The notes beneath the pieces were generated by a model. It made no database searches. It was given only the letters and a program-made list of their open reading frames with translations, and was not told the DNA's origin. From positions 33,107 through 97,106 of the forward strand of contig LDXQ01000001.1 in assembly GCA_001443485.1 (NCBI GenBank): 64,000 nt of DNA. The letters are read 5' to 3'. This stretch comes from Candidatus Sysuimicrobiota bacterium CSP1-3 (GTDB lineage: Bacteria > Sysuimicrobiota > Sysuimicrobiia > Sysuimicrobiales > Humicultoraceae). The position numbers were made by a program, and so were the translations under genes. The number at the start of each line of letters is the position of its first letter. Position 1 is the first letter of the stretch. Of this stretch, positions 59,380-64,000 are shown one piece after another.

Positions 59380-60900
59380 GTGGCAGGACGCGCGCACCTC
59401 GATCCTCGTCCGATCCGGCGCATCCGCACGGCCGCCGTCCAGGGGATGATGTGGCTGGCGGGGGAACGGATCGGCGGGCAGATCGTGGACCAGGTCTTCA
59501 CCATCATCCTGGCCCGCCTGCTGCTGCCGGGGGATTTCGGCCTGCTGGCCATGGCCGCGATCTTCACGGCATTGTTGCGGGTCTTCTCCACGATCGGCCT
59601 GGGCGCGGCGATCATCCAGCGGGCCAAGATCGACGACGAGTACCTGGACACGGCGTTCTGGGCCAACCTGGGCCTGGGCGTCGCCCTGTTCGCCATCACC
59701 GCCGTCTCCGGCGAGATCTTCGGCCGGTTCATGGGTGACCCGGCGGTGGGCGTGATCCTGCTCATCCTCTCCACCCGCTTCATGATCACCGCGGGGTCAG
59801 AAGCGCAGCGGTCGCTGGTCTCCCGGCAAATGGATTACCGCAGCTTGTCCCTGCGCTCGGTGAAGTCGCGCCTCATCGGCGGGTTCGTCGGCGTGGGCAT
59901 GGCTTACGCCGGGATGGGCTACTGGAGCCTGGTCGGGCAGACCATGGCCACGACGCTCTCCGGTTCCTACCTTCTTTACGTGGCCACGGGGTGGCGGCCG
60001 AAGTGGCGCTTCTCCTGGCGGAAGTTCCGGGACCAGTGGTCCTTCGGCGCGCCGCTGCTGCTGTCGCGCATGTTCGGCTACGCCATCCGCAACACGGATA
60101 ACCTGCTGGTCGGCCGCTACCTCGGGTCGACGGCGCTGGGCTTCTACGCCCTGGGCTACACGCTCTTCCTCGTGCCCCTGCAGGACGTCGGGCTGATTGT
60201 CAACCGGGTGATGTTCTCCGCGCTCTCCCGGGTGCAGGAGGACCGGGAGCGGCTGCGGCGGGGGTTTCTGCAGGGAACGCAGTACGTGACGCTGGGCGTC
60301 CTGCCGGTCATGGTGGGTATGGCCCTGGTCGCCGCACCGGCGCTGGAGCTGGTCTTCGGCCGGAAGTGGCTGCCCGCGGCGCCGGTGGTCAGCGTGCTGG
60401 CGCTGGCCGGGTTTCTCCAGTTGATGACGACTCTGGGACCCAGCGGGCTGAATGCGGCCGGCCGGACGGACCTCAACCTGCGCTGGACCATGATCTCGTC
60501 GCTGCTCTATCTCCCCGCCTTCGCCGTCGGGCTGCGCTGGGGTATTGTCGGCGTCGCCACCGGGTACCTGGGGGCGACGATCGTGATGGTCCCGGTGCAG
60601 TTCCGCTACATCAGCTCGATTCTTCACGTGCGTGCCGCGGAGATGTGGGCGGCGGTGCGGCCGGGGGTGATCGGCTCCGTCCTGATGGCGGCGGCGGTGG
60701 CACCGGCGGCGTGGGCGCTGCGCACGTCCCACGCGCCGGCAGTCGTGGAACTGGCCGTGGCGGTGCCGCTGGGGGTGGCGGTCTACGGGGCCGTCATCTG
60801 GTTGATCCACCGCCGGGTGATCTTCGACCTGATGACCCTGCTGCGGCAGTCCGTGCGCGTGGGGCGCGGCCGGCGGCTGGGAGAGGCGGGAGAGGGGTAG
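59380..60900 (+). CDS. Polysaccharide flippase (Wzx, MOP/PST family)
   Basis: 506 aa, ~12 TM. PST motifs (ILARLLLPGDFGLLAMA…LLSRMFGYAIRNTDNLLVGRYLG). Confidence 0.8.
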   Translation: MAGRAHLDPRPIRRIRTAAVQGMMWLAGERIGGQIVDQVFTIILARLLLPGDFGLLAMAAIFTALLRVFSTIGLGAAIIQRAKIDDEYLDTAFWANLGLGVALFAITAVSGEIFGRFMGDPAVGVILLILSTRFMITAGSEAQRSLVSRQMDYRSLSLRSVKSRLIGGFVGVGMAYAGMGYWSLVGQTMATTLSGSYLLYVATGWRPKWRFSWRKFRDQWSFGAPLLLSRMFGYAIRNTDNLLVGRYLGSTALGFYALGYTLFLVPLQDVGLIVNRVMFSALSRVQEDRERLRRGFLQGTQYVTLGVLPVMVGMALVAAPALELVFGRKWLPAAPVVSVLALAGFLQLMTTLGPSGLNAAGRTDLNLRWTMISSLLYLPAFAVGLRWGIVGVATGYLGATIVMVPVQFRYISSILHVRAAEMWAAVRPGVIGSVLMAAAVAPAAWALRTSHAPAVVELAVAVPLGVAVYGAVIWLIHRRVIFDLMTLLRQSVRVGRGRRLGEAGEG

Positions 60901-61641
60901 ATGCTCGGCCCCGTGCTCGCCCGCACGCGCGACCTGGTCCGCTCTTACCGCTGGCGGTGGCTGGACCCGGCGCACAACGTCGAGGCGATCGACATCCCGG
61001 CGTTGATCTCGCCGCTGCGCTACGACATCGTGGCGATCCGGGATTTCCTGCGATTGTTCCTCGAGCGGCGCGAACTGGCACGCTCTGACTTCGGCCGCTT
61101 CCTAGAGCAGGCCCGGCAGCACCGCTACTATCAGTGGATCGCGGCGCACTACCGGCGGTTCTTCCCCGAGGAAAGCCGCAACCCCCAGGCGCACACGACG
61201 AGGATTGCGCGAAAGATCCGGCAGACAATCGATATCTGGGACGCGCTGGAGGGGGGATTCGACCGGCGTTTTCCCATCGAGATCCGGGTGACGAGCCGGC
61301 TGCTCCCGACCGAAACAGGGAAGCGGGTCTCCCTCCGCTACATCCTGGGGGACGGCAGCCACCGCTTGGCCTGCCTGATGGTGCAGGGGATGACGGAGCT
61401 CCCGGGAGATTTCTACCGTCTGCGCTGGTACCGCCGCCACCGGCCCTTTGACGCGACCTGGGCCCTCACCTCCCAGGGCCAGCTCCCCGAGGGCGAGTAC
61501 TTCGCCTTCCTCTCGGAGGTCTACGGCGCGCCGGAAGACTGCCGTGACCGGATCTCGTTCATGCTCTTTATCCAGCGCGCCCTGCCGGAACGCGAGGCGG
61601 AGGTGCGGACCATCCTGCGCGTGGACGGATTCCCCGTCTAA
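60901..61641 (+). CDS. Hypothetical protein (ParB/Srx-like GDGSHR motif?)
   Basis: 246 aa. TAGATG junction with wzx. ILGDGSHRLACLM motif of uncertain meaning. Confidence 0.45.
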   Translation: MLGPVLARTRDLVRSYRWRWLDPAHNVEAIDIPALISPLRYDIVAIRDFLRLFLERRELARSDFGRFLEQARQHRYYQWIAAHYRRFFPEESRNPQAHTTRIARKIRQTIDIWDALEGGFDRRFPIEIRVTSRLLPTETGKRVSLRYILGDGSHRLACLMVQGMTELPGDFYRLRWYRRHRPFDATWALTSQGQLPEGEYFAFLSEVYGAPEDCRDRISFMLFIQRALPEREAEVRTILRVDGFPV

Positions 61642-61661
61642 GAGGGGAGGTTCGACCCACC

Positions 61662-62576
61662 GTGCCCATCGTCAGCGCCATCATCCCGACGCGCAACCGC
61701 CCGGCCCTGCTGCGGGCGGCGCTGCAGAGCGTGGCGCTGCAGGACGTGCCGGACATGGAGGTGCTCGTCGTCGACGACGCCTCCGACGACCCGCAGCAGA
61801 CGGTGGCGGTCGTCGCCGAGTTCGCGCCCCGGTTGCACGTGCGGTTGATCCGGCTGCCCCAGCGCCGCGGCACCGGACACGCGCGCAACGCCGGCGTGCT
61901 GGCCGCCGCCGGAGAGTATATCGCCTTCCTGGACGACGACGACGTCTGGCATCCGAACAAGATCAGACGACAGCTGGAGCGTTTCCGCACCAACCCCCGC
62001 CGCCTGCCCCAGCTGGGCGTCGTCTACACCTGGCACCAGTGGGTCAACGCGGCGACACAGCGGGTGCGGGTACGGCGCCGGCCCTATCTGGAGACGGTGG
62101 ACGACATCTTCCGCTGGAGTTACAACACGCCACAGACGATGATGATCCGTCGCGAGTGCTTCGACCGCGTCGGCCTCTTCGACGAGGAGATGCCGACGAA
62201 GCAGGACTGGGACCTGCTGGCCCGGATGATCCAGCACTACCAGTTTGACGCCGTGGAGGAGATCCTCGTCACCTGCCGCGACCACCGCGGTCCGCGGCGG
62301 ACGGACGACTATCGGGCGCGGCTGCGCGGCGCGGAGACTCTGCTGCACCGCTATGCGCACCGGGTGCACGACCCGCGGGTGCTGCGGGACCTGCGCTTCA
62401 GCGTCGGCCGGCTCCACCTGCGGGCCCGCCAGTACGACCGGGCCTGCGCCGATATGAGCGAGGCGCTGCGTCTGGCCGCGGGCTCGCAGAAACTGCGCTA
62501 TCTGCCCTTCTGGGCCTGGGCGCTGGGCGCCCGCCTTCTGCACCGGATCGAACACACGCGGAGTCTTCCGGCCTGA
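61662..62576 (+). CDS. Family 2 glycosyltransferase
   Basis: VSAIIPTRNRPALL…VLVVDDASDD. DxD (FLDDDD). Confidence 0.8.
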   Translation: MPIVSAIIPTRNRPALLRAALQSVALQDVPDMEVLVVDDASDDPQQTVAVVAEFAPRLHVRLIRLPQRRGTGHARNAGVLAAAGEYIAFLDDDDVWHPNKIRRQLERFRTNPRRLPQLGVVYTWHQWVNAATQRVRVRRRPYLETVDDIFRWSYNTPQTMMIRRECFDRVGLFDEEMPTKQDWDLLARMIQHYQFDAVEEILVTCRDHRGPRRTDDYRARLRGAETLLHRYAHRVHDPRVLRDLRFSVGRLHLRARQYDRACADMSEALRLAAGSQKLRYLPFWAWALGARLLHRIEHTRSLPA

Positions 62577-62580
62577 TCCC

Positions 62581-63465
62581 GTGGCCACAAACCGGCAGGG
62601 CTACCTCCTGCGCCTGCTCAAGCTCGGCGTGCTGCCCTACGGCCTGTTCTTTCGCGAGCGGCGGCCGGGGCTGGTGATTCTAATCTACCACCGCGTCGGC
62701 GGGGGCACGGACAGCGACATCGACCTGCCCGCCAGACTCTTCGCCCGGCAGATGGCGCACCTGAGCGCGCACCATACCATCGTCGCCATGGACGACGTCG
62801 CCAGCGGCATGACGCCGCCGGCGGGTCGGCCTACCGATCTGATGGCGGTGACCTTCGACGACGGCTACCAGGACATCTACGAGCACGCCTATCCCGTGCT
62901 GCGGCGCTATGCCATCCCGGCGACGATTTACCTGGCCACACAGTACATCGAGACGCGGCGTCCCTTCGACTTCGGCGGTTACGCGCACAACCCGCGCCCG
63001 CCGTGGCCGTTGACCTGGGTGCAGATCCGCGAGATGGCGAGTAGCGGCCTGGTGACGGTAGGCGCGCACACCCACAGCCATGCCGACCTGCCGCGGCTGC
63101 CGCAGCGCGCCGTGCGGGATGAACTGGAGCGCAGCCGCCGCCTGATTGAGGAGCGGGTGGGTGTGGCGGTACGGCACTTCGCCTATCCCTGGGGTACGCT
63201 GACCCCCGGGGTGAAGCGCGTCGTCGGCGACTACTTCGCCACCGCGGTGCGCGGCGGGAGCGGCAAGAATCCCTTCCCCACCCTGGACCCGCTGGCGCTG
63301 TGGCGCCGGCCGGTGCAGCAGGCCGACGGCTTCTGGCTCTTCCGCCTCAAGCTCGCCTCCTACCTGGACGCGGAGGAGTACTTCCGCCGCCTGGGGAGTT
63401 CCCGGCGCCGCCCCCCGACGCCGGCGGCCGGCCCGGCCCAGGCGCAGGAGCGGCCCACCGTCTGA
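62581..63465 (+). CDS. Polysaccharide deacetylase (NodB-homology domain)
   Basis: VTFDDGYQDIY…ATIYLAT…GAHTHSHADL: NodB motifs 1-3 with Asp-His-His metal ligands. Confidence 0.8.
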   Translation: MATNRQGYLLRLLKLGVLPYGLFFRERRPGLVILIYHRVGGGTDSDIDLPARLFARQMAHLSAHHTIVAMDDVASGMTPPAGRPTDLMAVTFDDGYQDIYEHAYPVLRRYAIPATIYLATQYIETRRPFDFGGYAHNPRPPWPLTWVQIREMASSGLVTVGAHTHSHADLPRLPQRAVRDELERSRRLIEERVGVAVRHFAYPWGTLTPGVKRVVGDYFATAVRGGSGKNPFPTLDPLALWRRPVQQADGFWLFRLKLASYLDAEEYFRRLGSSRRRPPTPAAGPAQAQERPTV

Positions 63466-63472
63466 GACCGTT

Positions 63473-64000
63473 ATGGGGACCGAGCGCGGGCGACCGCTGA
63501 TCGCTTTCTTCAACTACTCGGATCTGTTCGAGGACTTCTTCCCGTACTACGGGGTGGACCAGCAGACCTTCGCCACGCGCTGGGCGGCCACGTCGAACCA
63601 CACTTACCTCTCTCTGCTGCAGCGGGAGGTGGGCGACGTGGTCTGGTATGTCTTCTCGCTCCGGCCGCAACTGCGGGAGGCGCGCCACGAAGTGGTCGGC
63701 TGCCAGATCAGATTTCTCCGCGCGTCCGTCCCCCGCCGCCTCCTCCGCTGGGGGATGCTCGCAGGCGGCGCAGGGCGGCGCAGGTTCGGCCGCAGGGAGG
63801 AGAGGACGACATCCCCGGCCGCGCATCCCGCCGTCGCGGATGCCGGAGACGCGACAGCGCGGCGGACGGGGATGTCCCGCCTGTACCGCACCGTGGGGTC
63901 ATACCTGACGATGCTCTCCGGGCCGTTGCTTCGTGCGCTCCTGCGCGACCGTCCCGATTTCCTCTTCGTGCAGGACTATGCCACCGGCCGATTTGACGCG
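63473..64000 (+). CDS. Hypothetical protein, 3'-partial (runs off the window; glycosyltransferase-like N-terminus with a low-complexity insert)
   Basis: ATG at 63473. No stop before the window end. Strong GC3 bias. Absent from the ORF track only because no stop is reached. Confidence 0.45.
   Translation, partial: MGTERGRPLIAFFNYSDLFEDFFPYYGVDQQTFATRWAATSNHTYLSLLQREVGDVVWYVFSLRPQLREARHEVVGCQIRFLRASVPRRLLRWGMLAGGAGRRRFGRREERTTSPAAHPAVADAGDATARRTGMSRLYRTVGSYLTMLSGPLLRALLRDRPDFLFVQDYATGRFDA

Overview
Very high-GC (~70%) bacterial chromosomal window, densely coding, almost all on the + strand. There are no rRNA or tRNA genes, CRISPR arrays, transposases or phage genes. Because GC is so high, the six-frame track carries many long antisense and alternative-frame ORFs, which I treat as artefacts. 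Gene content and order (tilS-ftsH ... greA, clpC-radA-yacL-ispDF-cysS-rlmB-sigH) are strikingly Bacillus-like. The SigH protein is nearly colinear with B. subtilis SigH. I infer a high-GC Firmicute (Symbiobacterium/Thermaerobacter/Limnochordia-like); this is inference only. Layout, left to right: (1) tilS (5' partial) and ftsH. (2) Two solitary ECF S-components, one paired with a nicotinamidase and one with type III pantothenate kinase. (3) A histidine-utilisation cluster (hutH, hutU, hutI) that uses a split formiminotransferase/cyclodeaminase (FtcD-type route) instead of HutG. The cluster is interrupted by an insertion block carrying an ASCH protein, a cupredoxin, a PrsW protease and two gene remnants (kptA, EamA). 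(4) birA and a DmpA/S58 peptidase. (5) A two-gene unit whose second gene is a clear homolog of cyanobacterial fatty acyl-ACP reductase (AAR). (6) greA, clpC, and radA carrying a 493-aa LAGLIDADG intein in its P-loop. (7) yacL, a bifunctional ispDF, a CysS whose KMSKS motif is replaced by EMHRH, rlmB, and a VanW protein. (8) A sigH broken by an apparent 1-bp deletion, followed in frame by a start-less C4 zinc-ribbon coding segment. (9) moaA, an ATP-grasp protein, and a LuxC/LuxE-like acyl-CoA reductase plus acyl-protein synthetase pair next to a NarL-type response regulator. (10) From ~40.6 kb to the window end, a large polysaccharide locus (Wza-like exporter, Wzz, BY-kinase-like ATPase, NusG paralog, UDP-sugar dehydrogenase, GT2/GT4 transferases, Wzx, Wzy/O-antigen-ligase-like protein, deacetylase). 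Embedded in it is an acyl-modification module: two alpha/beta hydrolases with non-Ser nucleophile positions, an acyl-CoA dehydrogenase, an AMP-ligase, an ACP and a sulfatase/AlkP-like enzyme. This module is reminiscent of exosortase-A/PEP-CTERM-associated loci and is the best candidate for an undescribed system. The most notable items are the RadA intein, the broken sigH, the KMSKS-less CysS, the AAR-like and LuxCE-like aldehyde-forming modules, and the acylation module inside the EPS locus.
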